Below are positions 1 through 9,146 of a stretch of 64,000 bases of DNA, in pieces (the stretch's first letter is position 1; every line of letters starts with the position of its first letter). Below the pieces are notes generated by a model. The model was given only the letters and a program-made list of their open reading frames with translations. It ran no database searches and was not told the origin of the DNA. Position numbers and translations under genes: made by a program. This DNA is from a virus: IMG/VR virus record IMGVR_UViG_3300032315_001401, positions 1 to 64,000 of that record. One strand, 5' to 3'.

Positions 1-415
1 AATGTTGGTAATGATTCCTACTGTTGAATTGAAAGTAGTAATAGTACCAGCAACACCAGTAATGTTGGTAATGATTCCTACTGTTGAATTGAAAGTAGTA
101 ATAGTACCAGCAACACCAGTAATATTGGTGATAATACCTACAGTACTGTTAAAAGTAGTAATAGTACCGGCAACACCAGTCAGGTTGGTGATGATACCTA
201 CAGTACTATTAAGATTCGTTATAGTACCAGCAACACCAGTAATATTGGTGATAATACCTACTGTTGCATTTAGATTCGTTATAGTACCAGCAACACCAGT
301 AATATTGGTTATGATACCTACTGTTGCATTCAGATTCGTGATCGTACCAGCAACACCAGTAATATTGGTGATAATACCTACTGTTGCATTTAGATTCGTT
401 ATAGTACCAACACCA
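1..415 (-). repeat. 60-bp tandem coding repeat, about 7 units (TGVAGTITTFNSTVGIITNI and variants)
   Basis: Units start at 1, 61, 121, 181, 241, 301, 361; units 1 and 2 are identical. Confidence 0.95.
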
Positions 416-2106
416 CTTGCATTAATGTTCCTTACAACTGCTAAATCATTTTCAGTAAATTGAACCGAACCCGCAGCAAGTCTTGTTCCATTAGGGAACT
501 GTGTTGATCCAATACCAACCGCATAGTTCATTAACCAAGCATCAGTACCAAGTCCTGCAAAGGTGCCTTCCTTGAACCACATAATTTTCTTATATGTGGC
601 AGGATTGGTTTCAATACCAGCAATGAATAATTGTACTAATGGACTACCTTCAGTCGATGCAAGAGCAACGCCACCGTGATTGGAGGTAGTATCATTAGAA
701 ACATCATTACCAAATGCATCAGTTCTAAATCCAAGAACAATATCAGGGTCAAAAACAGTTAGGGTAGGAACATTGATAAATGCGGTTGTTCCACCAATTG
801 TAACGTTTCCAGTTACATTTAAGTTGCGATTGACTTGAAGGTCTCTTGTAACTGTTACATCTTGTGGAAGAACTAAATTATTTGGAAGACTTAATGTTGG
901 TGTTGAACCCTCTCCAGTTCCAGAAGTAACTGTAATTTGATTTGAAGTTCCGGTGATGTTTGTTACATAATCGCCAGTTGTATCTGAACCTAATGCAACT
1001 GAATTTGGTTGAATAGTTGCTGCTAATGATACATTCCCAGTACCATCAAAACTAATTGCTGACGCAACAACATCACCAGTAATTTCAAAGGTTCTTGCGG
1101 TTTCAAGTTTTGTTGCTGTGGTAGCAGTACCTGTTAATGCTCCTATAAATGTAGTGGCAGTGACAACACCAGAAACTCTTACATCGCCAATAACATCAAG
1201 TTTTGCTCTAGGTGTTGTGGAACCAATACCCAAATTGGTTCCAGTATTAACTAAAACAGTACCAACACCAGCAGTTGGTCCTATATTGATTTGAGTAAAG
1301 GAACCAGAAAGACCACCAGTACCAAAGTTGATTGTCTTGGTTGTTCCTACACCAGAAGCACCAGTAGCAAGGTTAAGTGTTTGAGATGTTGTTGCTTGTC
1401 CTACAGTAATTGCACCAGTTTGCAATATACCACCAATTGTGACAGTACCTGTTGTATAAGAGGATGCAGTAAAACTTGCAGTAGTTGCAGAATGAGTTAA
1501 TGAACTTGAGAATGTTTGTGCTGCAGAGAATGTTTGAGTAAAATTAGTAATTGCAAGTGTTCCATCTGCAGTCATTAAAGGTATTGTAACCGCTCTATTT
1601 GCAGTAATTGCAGAACCAACAACAGAATATTCAAAAGTATTTGCTGGGTTTCTTATCTTTAAGTTGCTTGATAAGAAAGTAGAAACACCAGCAACATATA
1701 AGTTTGTTGCGGTAATAAATCCTACAGTTGTAACACCAGTTATATTCGCATTACGAGCAGTAAATTCATCAAAAACTAAATCATCTCTTACATATAAATC
1801 TCCACCAACATATAAATCACCACCAGTAGTAACAAAACCACTTACTGCAGCGAGAGTGGTAATACCCGAAACATATAAATTAGTTAGAGAAGTTGCAGAA
1901 CCAATTAAATCTCCATTGACAAAAAATCCTTTAGCAGTAACAACACCAACAAATTCACCATCCCCAATAACATATAAACTTCTTCCACCAGCGTTTGTTG
2001 TAGCAATACCAACCTTACCAATTACCTCTAAAGAAGTAAGATTTTCACTGTAAGATGAGATACCGACTTTTAGATTTTTCTGTCTGCCGCTGGTATATTT
2101 TGCCAT
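1..2106 (-). CDS. Tail-fibre-like virion protein, 3' end outside the window
   Basis: Not in the ORF track. Manual translation from ATG at 2106 (MAKYTSGRQKNLKVGISSYSENLTSLEVIGKVGIATT...) stays open to base 1; Gly/Thr/Val-rich, GIGSTTPRAKLDVIGDV motif typical of cyanophage fibres. Confidence 0.8.
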   Translation of the reverse strand, partial: MAKYTSGRQKNLKVGISSYSENLTSLEVIGKVGIATTNAGGRSLYVIGDGEFVGVVTAKGFFVNGDLIGSATSLTNLYVSGITTLAAVSGFVTTGGDLYVGGDLYVRDDLVFDEFTARNANITGVTTVGFITATNLYVAGVSTFLSSNLKIRNPANTFEYSVVGSAITANRAVTIPLMTADGTLAITNFTQTFSAAQTFSSSLTHSATTASFTASSYTTGTVTIGGILQTGAITVGQATTSQTLNLATGASGVGTTKTINFGTGGLSGSFTQINIGPTAGVGTVLVNTGTNLGIGSTTPRAKLDVIGDVRVSGVVTATTFIGALTGTATTATKLETARTFEITGDVVASAISFDGTGNVSLAATIQPNSVALGSDTTGDYVTNITGTSNQITVTSGTGEGSTPTLSLPNNLVLPQDVTVTRDLQVNRNLNVTGNVTIGGTTAFINVPTLTVFDPDIVLGFRTDAFGNDVSNDTTSNHGGVALASTEGSPLVQLFIAGIETNPATYKKIMWFKEGTFAGLGTDAWLMNYAVGIGSTQFPNGTRLAAGSVQFTENDLAVVRNINASGVGTITNLNATVGIITNITGVAGTITNLNATVGIITNITGVAGTITNLNATVGIITNITGVAGTITNLNSTVGIITNLTGVAGTITTFNSTVGIITNITGVAGTITTFNSTVGIITNITGVAGTITTFNSTVGIITNI

Positions 2107-2121
2107 TATGCGTTTAAGTTA

Positions 2122-2463
2122 TTAATTGAGGGTTTCTAAGATACTACCAATAAATTTAATATCAGTTCCATTACTTGCAGAAAAGACAAGAACATCGCCA
2201 GATTCCAATACTAATTTACCTGCAAGTAAGTTTGCACTATCATTTGCAGAAATTGGAAAATCTTTTAAAATTTCAGTTGTTACTGCAATTCCACTAGAAG
2301 TTCTTTTATGTGAAAATGAAACAGTGTGAGTTCCACTACCAATATTTGTTGCTTGCGCTAAAAGAATAACCCCAGTATATCCAACGGGTGCGGTATAAAT
2401 TCCAACCGCATTTGTAGTTGCAACCTTTGTAACAGTTTTAAATATGTTAAGTGCTAATGCCAT
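2122..2463 (-). CDS. Small putative structural protein between the fibre genes
   Basis: 113 aa ORF, beta-strand-like composition, tightly packed between fibre genes. Confidence 0.65.
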   Translation of the reverse strand: MALALNIFKTVTKVATTNAVGIYTAPVGYTGVILLAQATNIGSGTHTVSFSHKRTSSGIAVTTEILKDFPISANDSANLLAGKLVLESGDVLVFSASNGTDIKFIGSILETLN

Positions 2464-2469
2464 TTTCCT

Positions 2470-4617
2470 TTATTCTCCTCCGAGTGCTAGAATGAATGGT
2501 GTCATTGTAGAGAACAAACTCTTTGAATAAAATCTACCGGAAATAGTTCCAGTTTGTTGATTAATTGCAACACCATCACCAATTCTAAAGTTTCCCGATT
2601 GGTCCGTGCTTGTGAAAACAACAAGACCACCATTTCTCATATCAACTTCATTATCTTGAATTGGAACTCCACCTTGAGCAGGAAGAGCAGCATTAATATT
2701 TGTACCAGAACCAATGTATTCAAAGGAATGCCCAGATGCTAATACCCTACTTTGCTTAAAGAATGGAGCAGTAGAACCAACACCAACTGCATAAGGAACA
2801 TTATCACCTACAGTAATTGTGCAAATACCAGAAGAAATCGGAGTTGAACTTAAAATAGAATAATAAGTGGGAAGTAATTCCAAAGTTGCTGTTGATGTAT
2901 TTATTCCAACATCAGGACCAGTAATTGTAATTGTCGGCGCCGTAGTATAACCTCTTCCACTTGAAACAATTTCAATTGCAGTTACACTTCCATTCGTCAC
3001 TTCTGCAACTGCTGTTGCCTGAACTCCCCAATCAGTTGAAGGTGGGGAAATAGTAACCACAGGAGTTGAGTTATATCCAGTGCCGCCAGCACTCACTCGA
3101 ATCTTATTGACTGTATAATATAAGTCATCAAAATAAACAACCTGACCATCAAAGGGTCTTACAACATTAATCTTTGCCGATCCTCCAGCAACATAAGTAT
3201 GGGCGAGAGTTGAAATGCCAGTATAGACTGTGAAAGAATTTGAAGTAGGAATCGATTGAATCTCAAAAACATATCCGTAATTGCCACTTGGAAACACATA
3301 CCCCATGAATGTTGCAGTTCCATCAGACACATAAGTATGTGGTAAAGTTGATGGTCCAACATTTACAGTAAATTGATTTGATGCTGGAATACTATCAACT
3401 CGGAAAACATATCCTTCTTTACCACTTGGATATGTTAGAGTTGCTGGACCAGAAGGGCAAGTAAATCCAAGTCCTGCAAGACTGACTCCCATTCCAACAC
3501 TAAATCGATGATTTGTAGAGACAGTCGTAATTGTAGCGATTCCACTTACATTATCATAAACTGCATTACTAATTGGTCTTACGGGTATATCAGGAGGATC
3601 TCCTGCTGATGGGCAAAGGAATGCAAGATTCTTAATCGTTACTCCCATTCCAACATTAAACCCGTGAGGAGTTGATGTTGTAATTGTTGTAAGACCTGTA
3701 ATATTTGAATATGATGCTGTTGAAATTGCTAAAGGTTGTGTAGAAACATTCAATACAAAAGTATCACTGTTTGCTTCTGCTGCAACTGTCACAATACCTG
3801 TATATTTTCTTGGTCCAATGCCATCAGCAACAAGACCATAATTACCAAACGATGCATTAGAGTTTGTTAGATCACAAGCAGCACCAGATCCACAGAAGAC
3901 TGCTGTGTCTGGGCAAATCGTGAAGAGTGAAACTAACTGAGCATATCCTTCGTTTGTGATTGAAACCCCAATACCACCTTGATTGTATTGGGTATAAGAG
4001 TCAAGAACCATTGACTTGGTTGGTCCAATTGAATATTGCCCATCGACTTTCATTCCAATACTGTCTGGAATAAAGTTAGTGCAGTTTTGAATATAAGGTG
4101 ACTGATTATTAAAGACTGGTTTGTTGGGATTAAACGCAAAAATAGCACCAGTATTTGCAGAACCTACAAATGCCATTTCGGCAATATAGTTTCCATTCCC
4201 AACATAAAAGAGGTCTCCTTGATTTTGTGGAGTAACTGAGACTTCTCTTAAACTATCACCGACAATACTTACTTGATCTGGTAGTGTAATTGGATTATTT
4301 TCTACATAAGATCCAGCACTAACTCTAATAACGGAACCTGATGTTGAGATTGCAACTGCTCCTGCGATGGTTGCTTTGGCATCTCCGAGTTTTCTTCCTG
4401 TGTTTGTGTCGCTTCCGTCTTTTGTGACATAGATAACATTTTTGACTTTTGCCCCCGATACTACTTTAACAACTTCCGATCCAATACCTACTCTATTTCT
4501 TACAGCAAAGATCTCGGCATCATGAATATTATAAGCCAATTCTCCATATTGGAGTACTCCTTGTGAAGGTACTGCACCTGGTACAGCAGAGCGTTTAATT
4601 CGGATCGGGGTTGCCAT
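2470..4617 (-). CDS. Tail fibre/spike-like protein with pectin-lyase-like region and internal duplication
   Basis: 715 aa; N-terminal IRIKRS...GELAYN motif, NVIYVTKDGSDTNTG and IRVSAGSYVE beta-helix entry motifs; late promoter-like ATAAATA near 4670. Confidence 0.75.
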   Translation of the reverse strand: MATPIRIKRSAVPGAVPSQGVLQYGELAYNIHDAEIFAVRNRVGIGSEVVKVVSGAKVKNVIYVTKDGSDTNTGRKLGDAKATIAGAVAISTSGSVIRVSAGSYVENNPITLPDQVSIVGDSLREVSVTPQNQGDLFYVGNGNYIAEMAFVGSANTGAIFAFNPNKPVFNNQSPYIQNCTNFIPDSIGMKVDGQYSIGPTKSMVLDSYTQYNQGGIGVSITNEGYAQLVSLFTICPDTAVFCGSGAACDLTNSNASFGNYGLVADGIGPRKYTGIVTVAAEANSDTFVLNVSTQPLAISTASYSNITGLTTITTSTPHGFNVGMGVTIKNLAFLCPSAGDPPDIPVRPISNAVYDNVSGIATITTVSTNHRFSVGMGVSLAGLGFTCPSGPATLTYPSGKEGYVFRVDSIPASNQFTVNVGPSTLPHTYVSDGTATFMGYVFPSGNYGYVFEIQSIPTSNSFTVYTGISTLAHTYVAGGSAKINVVRPFDGQVVYFDDLYYTVNKIRVSAGGTGYNSTPVVTISPPSTDWGVQATAVAEVTNGSVTAIEIVSSGRGYTTAPTITITGPDVGINTSTATLELLPTYYSILSSTPISSGICTITVGDNVPYAVGVGSTAPFFKQSRVLASGHSFEYIGSGTNINAALPAQGGVPIQDNEVDMRNGGLVVFTSTDQSGNFRIGDGVAINQQTGTISGRFYSKSLFSTMTPFILALGGE

Positions 4618-4673
4618 TTATAATATGCAGTGTCTACCATAAGGTCAGTATTTACTGCCTTTGATATATTTAT

Positions 4674-5045
4674 TCAAGTTGCATTATTACGCCTTGGACG
4701 ATAAGAATAAAGATTTGTAGGTGCTTCAGGTTTCATCCATTCTTCTATCTTATTAAATTTTTCTTCACTATAAAAATCTTGTTGCACGTACCATAACTTC
4801 CAATGATCGTGCCCCTTTGACTGATTACAACTCTTACAGCAGCAAACTACATTTTTTGTAAAATCTGCTCCACCCTTACATTGAGGAATGACATGATCGA
4901 TTGTCAGATTTTCTTCAGATCCACAATACGCACATTTATTATCCCAACTATCTTTAATGTGTTTTCTCCAGATTCTCTTTGCATCTCCGCTACTTGTTAC
5001 ATGTAGATTAAACATGTAGTCTTGAGGCGAATGGAGAGGAACCAT
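4674..5045 (-). CDS. HNH endonuclease
   Basis: CAYCG...LTIDHVIP..KGG...NVVCCCKSCNQSK. Confidence 0.9.
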   Translation of the reverse strand: MVPLHSPQDYMFNLHVTSSGDAKRIWRKHIKDSWDNKCAYCGSEENLTIDHVIPQCKGGADFTKNVVCCCKSCNQSKGHDHWKLWYVQQDFYSEEKFNKIEEWMKPEAPTNLYSYRPRRNNAT

Positions 5046-5063
5046 AAAAACCTTTCTTTTCTT

Positions 5064-5192
5064 TTATTTATTTTTTCTTTTAATCACTTCTATAAGTTCT
5101 TTGAGAGTAATATAGATGTAATGAAACTCATCATAATAAGTAATATCTTGATCTCTTTCAAGAAGATTTTGAATTTCTTTTAGCACACGCAT
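5064..5192 (-). CDS. Small hypothetical protein (42 aa)
   Basis: Manual translation MRVLKEIQNLLERDQDITYYDEFHYIYITLKELIEVIKRKNK; fills the gap between ORFs. Confidence 0.5.
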   Translation of the reverse strand: MRVLKEIQNLLERDQDITYYDEFHYIYITLKELIEVIKRKNK

Positions 5193-5355
5193 CTCTTGCC
5201 CAAGCACGACTTAAACTATTTACATAAGAACAAGATTTTCTAGATTCTCCGCAGTGTGGACATTTTGCATCTGGGGGGTCTCCAACATAACCCTCAGGTG
5301 TATACATCTTTTTCTTTTTGAGATTTTCAGATTGCTTATGTTTTTGGGGATTCAT
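5158..5355 (-). CDS. Hypothetical protein with CxxC motif
   Basis: ORF track; KCPHCG; start may be the downstream MYTPEG. Confidence 0.55.
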   Translation of the reverse strand: MNPQKHKQSENLKKKKMYTPEGYVGDPPDAKCPHCGESRKSCSYVNSLSRAWARDACAKRNSKSS

Positions 5356-5624
5356 ACAATCACAGGTTTCCCTTGACCTTCCGGAAGTTTTTCCCTGACT
5401 TCATCTAAAACTAATGCCGGACCATGAGGTAGTCCAATCTGTCCCGGAAGTTGCTTATCAGTTTTAGAAGTTACATCAATCACCTGGTCCATTAGAAACC
5501 TATGGCGACTACAACTTCTATTTTGAGAATCAAATGCAACCATCATCATCGCATCATTAATATCAGCACAATGGCAGATGACTCTTCCAGTCTTATTATC
5601 TGTTACAATCCAATATTCATTCAT
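5352..5624 (-). CDS. Hypothetical protein
   Basis: 90 aa, overlaps both neighbours in operon fashion. Confidence 0.65.
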   Translation of the reverse strand: MNEYWIVTDNKTGRVICHCADINDAMMMVAFDSQNRSCSRHRFLMDQVIDVTSKTDKQLPGQIGLPHGPALVLDEVREKLPEGQGKPVIV

Positions 5625-5892
5625 TATCAGATGCCTTTGATGAAACTACTGGATTGCGAGTTGCATTCTTAATGACAATAAAAGCATCATTTTGGTAGGT
5701 GGTCGTTCCATAAGGTTTTGCCCACTTGGGATTTACACCTTCAGTTTGCTCAATGCCACTAAATGCAGCACCACCAATATTTACTTCCAGTTTATCTGCC
5801 CTATCCCATCCAAGTGTTTCAAGAGCAATCGCAAGTTGCCCCAACATATCAGGTGTTCCTTCTGTCATTTTGTTTTTCAGTCTTTGAATCAT
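5617..5892 (-). CDS. Hypothetical protein
   Basis: 91 aa, operon-like overlap. Confidence 0.65.
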   Translation of the reverse strand: MIQRLKNKMTEGTPDMLGQLAIALETLGWDRADKLEVNIGGAAFSGIEQTEGVNPKWAKPYGTTTYQNDAFIVIKNATRNPVVSSKASDNE

Positions 5893-5979
5893 TATAGGAT
5901 ACTTTAGGTGGATTGTAAAGGTTTGGAAAAGTGCCCCTGATAATCTCTGCCAGTTTATATGGAGTTTCTGAAGTAATCA

Positions 5980-6684
5980 TTAATATTTTTTAAGAGTATA
6001 AACTCCATCCTTTTCCACAATCGCAGAGCAAGTATCACACCAATCACCACAGCACATATACAAAAGTTTATTAAAGTATCTAACATTTCCATGATGAATA
6101 TGACCACAAATCACACCATCATACTTCTTATCTCTTTGAACACAATATGAAGCAATATCAGTCTCATATTGATTAATGTAATTCTTTCCCCTCACCGTAT
6201 TCTTCAAAGCATAAACCAAAGAGAACCGAAAGAATCTTTCCAACCAAAAACTTAATGGTGTAATAATCTCATATCCCCTATTAAACATCAACTGCTTCCA
6301 AGACCCAGAAGAATACTCTGAATATTTGTCGCCGTGAATACAAAGAAACTTATTTCCGTTTGAATCTTTATGAGTATATTCATCTACCATTTGGAAGTTC
6401 TTGTGCTCAAAGTTCGTATAACGACGAATCTGTGCCTCATGATTTCCAAGAATATAAACGACTTCTGTTCCCTTCTTTGCAAGGTTAAGAATCTGATGAA
6501 CACATTCCGTATGTTCTTTCTTCCAACGAGTATTATATTTTTCCATACAGGCAATATCAATAATATCACCAACTAAAACTAATTTCTTTGTCTTAAGTTC
6601 TTTGAGAAACTTTAAAAACTTTTGAGTATTACAACGAGGGGTTCCTAGATGAACATCAGAAATAAAAACTGTATCGTAAGTCAT
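5980..6684 (-). CDS. Calcineurin-like metallophosphoesterase, UDP-2,3-diacylglucosamine hydrolase (LpxH2-like) family
   Basis: Motifs SDVHLG, LVGDIID, LGNHE, IHGD, CGHIH. Confidence 0.85.
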   Translation of the reverse strand: MTYDTVFISDVHLGTPRCNTQKFLKFLKELKTKKLVLVGDIIDIACMEKYNTRWKKEHTECVHQILNLAKKGTEVVYILGNHEAQIRRYTNFEHKNFQMVDEYTHKDSNGNKFLCIHGDKYSEYSSGSWKQLMFNRGYEIITPLSFWLERFFRFSLVYALKNTVRGKNYINQYETDIASYCVQRDKKYDGVICGHIHHGNVRYFNKLLYMCCGDWCDTCSAIVEKDGVYTLKKY

Positions 6685-6686
6685 AA

Positions 6687-6848
6687 TCAGAATCTTGATG
6701 GGGTATATTCCATATCTTCAGTTAAATTATCTAACATTTTTCCATATTCTTTGAATCTTTTATCTCCAGCAATAAAACATCTTTGTCTCATCCATAATGC
6801 GTCTGCCAGAAGTTTAAGTTCTTCTTCTGTGAAAGTTATAGTTTTCAT
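6687..6848 (-). CDS. Small hypothetical protein (53 aa)
   Basis: Manual translation MKTITFTEEELKLLADALWMRQRCFIAGDKRFKEYGKMLDNLTEDMEYTPSRF. Confidence 0.6.
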   Translation of the reverse strand: MKTITFTEEELKLLADALWMRQRCFIAGDKRFKEYGKMLDNLTEDMEYTPSRF

Positions 6849-6873
6849 AGTTAAAAGGTAACTACTGTATGTA

Positions 6874-6954
6874 TTAAAGTTCTTGTGTGAGAGACATTAT
6901 GAACATGAAGAGTCCAAAGAGTTGGAAGAGGAGGAGGATAAGAAGGAAGGTCAT
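6874..6954 (-). CDS. Putative 26-aa membrane peptide
   Basis: MTFLLILLLFQLFGLFMFIMSLTQEL; start overlaps the upstream stop (ATGA). Confidence 0.45.
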   Translation of the reverse strand: MTFLLILLLFQLFGLFMFIMSLTQEL

Positions 6955-7634
6955 TTTAGTTTTGAGAATACTTCTAAAAGATGAGGAATACCTTCTGGTT
7001 TTATAAGTTCAGTTGTAGAATGACTGGAATATCTCCAACCGTTTTCTTTTGCATATTTTAGTTGTTCTTGTTCTATATCAAAACATTCGCCCAATGTAGA
7101 TTTATAAACATCTACAATTGAAACCAAATGTTTTTTAAGTCTTTCTTGTAAATTGCGAACTGTTATGCCCAACTTAAAATGAGTTCCTTCATCATCAACA
7201 TAACGAACCAAATATAAAGAACAAGGAAGTTCTCTTTGCTCTTCTGTTGGCAATCTACCATATCCACCAAATCCATCCCAACCTTCTTCTAATTTCTTTT
7301 TCCAAGAATTGCTTATATTTTTTGCTCTTTCTGGAGAACAAGGAACTCTTGCGGATGGATTTGGTTTTCCTTTTCTTGAAGATGTGTAAATTCCCTTCAA
7401 TCCCCTATTCCAAGCAACTTGTGCTCCTTTTAATCCTTTATTCCAAGGTTCTTTTCCTTTTTGCCATTCAGACCAGTTGCGAGTAATACCACATTTTTGC
7501 AAATACTTATATACTGTTGGTTTAGGAATATTAAGTTGCCTTGCAATTTCGTGAGATGATAATCCAGAAATATACATTTCTTCCCAAATCTTTTTTTGCT
7601 CTTGTGTATATTTTTGATTCATTTTACTGCTCAC
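6951..7634 (-). CDS. Putative free-standing homing endonuclease (N-terminal HTH, NUMOD3-like repeats, C-terminal GIY-YIG/T5orf172-like domain)
   Basis: GLSSHEIARQLNIPKPTVYKYL HTH; KGKEPWNKGLKG/AWNRGLKG repeats; LYLVRY...FKLGITVRNLQERL. Confidence 0.7.
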   Translation of the reverse strand: MSSKMNQKYTQEQKKIWEEMYISGLSSHEIARQLNIPKPTVYKYLQKCGITRNWSEWQKGKEPWNKGLKGAQVAWNRGLKGIYTSSRKGKPNPSARVPCSPERAKNISNSWKKKLEEGWDGFGGYGRLPTEEQRELPCSLYLVRYVDDEGTHFKLGITVRNLQERLKKHLVSIVDVYKSTLGECFDIEQEQLKYAKENGWRYSSHSTTELIKPEGIPHLLEVFSKLK

Positions 7635-7642
7635 GGTTACTT

Positions 7643-7650
7643 TATTTATA
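7643..7650 (-). promoter_or_regulatory. T4-type late promoter TATAAATA for the endonuclease gene
   Basis: Exact consensus 9 bp upstream of the ATG at 7634. Confidence 0.85.
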
Positions 7651-7652
7651 TT

Positions 7653-7676
7653 AAAAAGAGACCTTAAAAGGGTCTC
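7653..7676 (-). terminator. Intrinsic terminator after psbA
   Basis: GAGACC/GGTCTC stem followed by a U-run. Confidence 0.8.
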
Positions 7677-7687
7677 TCCTTATTATA

Positions 7688-8770
7688 TCACCCAATGGTT
7701 GGAGCAGTCAAAGCAACAGGAGTTGCTTCAATGGATGCTAAATCCAATGGAAAGTTATGTGCGTTCCGTTCGTGTTGAACTTCAATCCCCAAATTTGCCC
7801 TATTGAGCATATCTGCCCAAGTAGGAATTGGACGACCTTGATGGTCAAGAATTGATTCATTAAAATTTAGACCGTTCAAGTTAAAAGATGAAACTGCAAT
7901 ACCCATAGCAGCACACCAAATACCAAATACTGGAAGTGCAGCAAGGAAAAAGTGAAGACTACGGGAGTTATTAAAGGAAGCATATTGGAAAATAAGACGA
8001 CCGAAATACCCGTGTGCAGCAACTATTGAATAAGTTTCTTCTTCCTGTCCAAACTTATATCCATAATTTTGAGATACTTGTTCGGTAGTTTCACGAACAA
8101 TAGAAGAAGTCACGAGAGAACCGTGCATTGCCGATGCCAATGCACCACCAAAAACACCCGCAACACCTAACATATGAAACGGATTCATAAGAATATTGTG
8201 TTCAGCAGAAAATACAAGCATATAATTAAAGGTTCCAGAAATACCAAGAGGCATTCCATCACTAAAACTTCCTTGACCAAAAGGATAAATCAGGAATACA
8301 GCAGTTGCAGCAACCGCAGGAGCACTATAAGCAACTGCAATCCAAGGTCTCATACCCAAACGGTATGAAAGTTCCCATTCTCGACCAAGATAACACCAGA
8401 CACCAATCAAAAAGTGAAATACCACTGCTTGATATGCCCAACCATTATAAAGTGCTTCATCAATAGAAGCAGCATCCCAAAGATTATAGAGATGCAAACC
8501 AATAGCATTAGAAGAAGGAACAACAGCACCAGAGATGATATTGTTTCCCCACATTAAAGACCCAGCAACGGGTTCTCTTATGCCATCAATATCTACAGGT
8601 GGATTTGCAATAAAAGCAATAATAAAAACTGAAGTAGCAACGAGAAGGCAAGGAATCATCAGAACACCAAACCAACCAACATAAAGACGGTTATTGGTTG
8701 AAGTAACCCACTGGCAGAATTGTTCCCAGAGGTTTTCGCCAGAACGGCGTGTAGCGATTGTAGCAGTCAT
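7688..8770 (-). CDS. psbA: Photosystem II D1 protein, divergent (360 aa)
   Basis: [57 protein letters not shown]; real start is MTATIATRR at 8770, not the 8842 track start. Confidence 0.97.
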   Translation of the reverse strand: MTATIATRRSGENLWEQFCQWVTSTNNRLYVGWFGVLMIPCLLVATSVFIIAFIANPPVDIDGIREPVAGSLMWGNNIISGAVVPSSNAIGLHLYNLWDAASIDEALYNGWAYQAVVFHFLIGVWCYLGREWELSYRLGMRPWIAVAYSAPAVAATAVFLIYPFGQGSFSDGMPLGISGTFNYMLVFSAEHNILMNPFHMLGVAGVFGGALASAMHGSLVTSSIVRETTEQVSQNYGYKFGQEEETYSIVAAHGYFGRLIFQYASFNNSRSLHFFLAALPVFGIWCAAMGIAVSSFNLNGLNFNESILDHQGRPIPTWADMLNRANLGIEVQHERNAHNFPLDLASIEATPVALTAPTIG

Positions 8771-8789
8771 TTTTTCGTTAAAGGGTAAG

Positions 8790-8897
8790 TATAAGTCCAG
8801 GGGGAACTGAACAATTACAGTATATCCCACAACACCCTCCATTGTGGGTATGAGAGACTGTGTTTTACCTCCCCATAGGTCTCGGTTAGGTAGAGGA
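8790..8897 (-). ncRNA. Structured psbA 5' UTR, likely PhotoRC-II-type RNA motif
   Basis: GAGAC...GTCTC and CCCACA...TGTGGG helices in a long leader before psbA; resembles from memory the motif described upstream of cyanophage psbA; no covariance search run. Confidence 0.65.
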
Positions 8898-8942
8898 ACA
8901 ACATTAAGGGTTTGTTACATTCCTTAACTTGTTGTTGTATTT

Positions 8943-8971
8943 ATTATAGCATTGTCAGGAAATCCTGTCAA
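8943..8971 (-). promoter_or_regulatory. Sigma70 promoter for psbA
   Basis: TTGACA-N17-TATAAT, with a late-type ATAAATA just downstream. Confidence 0.9.
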
Positions 8972-8984
8972 TAGGTCCAATTGC

Positions 8985-9146
8985 TCATCTGGCATACTCC
9001 TCAATTTTATCCAATACCTTGTTCAAATACTTATGAGCAAGTCCCTTTGGATCTGAAGTATATCCAATATTTTCTTCGTATAATTCGTTCTTATACATCA
9101 ACAATATTCTCTTCATTTCTTGCTTGGTCAGTTGTCCGCGTGGCAT
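8985..9146 (-). CDS. Small hypothetical protein (53 aa)
   Basis: MPRGQLTKQEMKRILLMYKNELYEENIGYTSDPKGLAHKYLNKVLDKIEEYAR. Confidence 0.65.
   Translation of the reverse strand: MPRGQLTKQEMKRILLMYKNELYEENIGYTSDPKGLAHKYLNKVLDKIEEYAR

Noticed and set aside
1-463. + strand 153-aa repeat ORF, or a CRISPR-like array
   Set aside because: Antisense shadow of the fibre repeat; units are contiguous with no unique spacers and no cas genes
1-4617. Diversity-generating retroelement acting on the fibres
   Set aside because: No reverse transcriptase and no template/variable repeat pair with adenine-specific differences seen
7688-8770. D1 as ChlF/super-rogue or far-red D1
   Set aside because: All Mn ligands are present and the far-red helix signatures I recall are absent; phylogeny is still needed
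8771-8842. N-terminal extension of D1 in the ORF track
   Set aside because: Lies within the structured leader; the canonical D1 N-terminus starts at 8770
8905-8930. RpaB HLR1 site near the psbA promoter
   Set aside because: Only one good half-site (GTTACATT); the second direct repeat is poor
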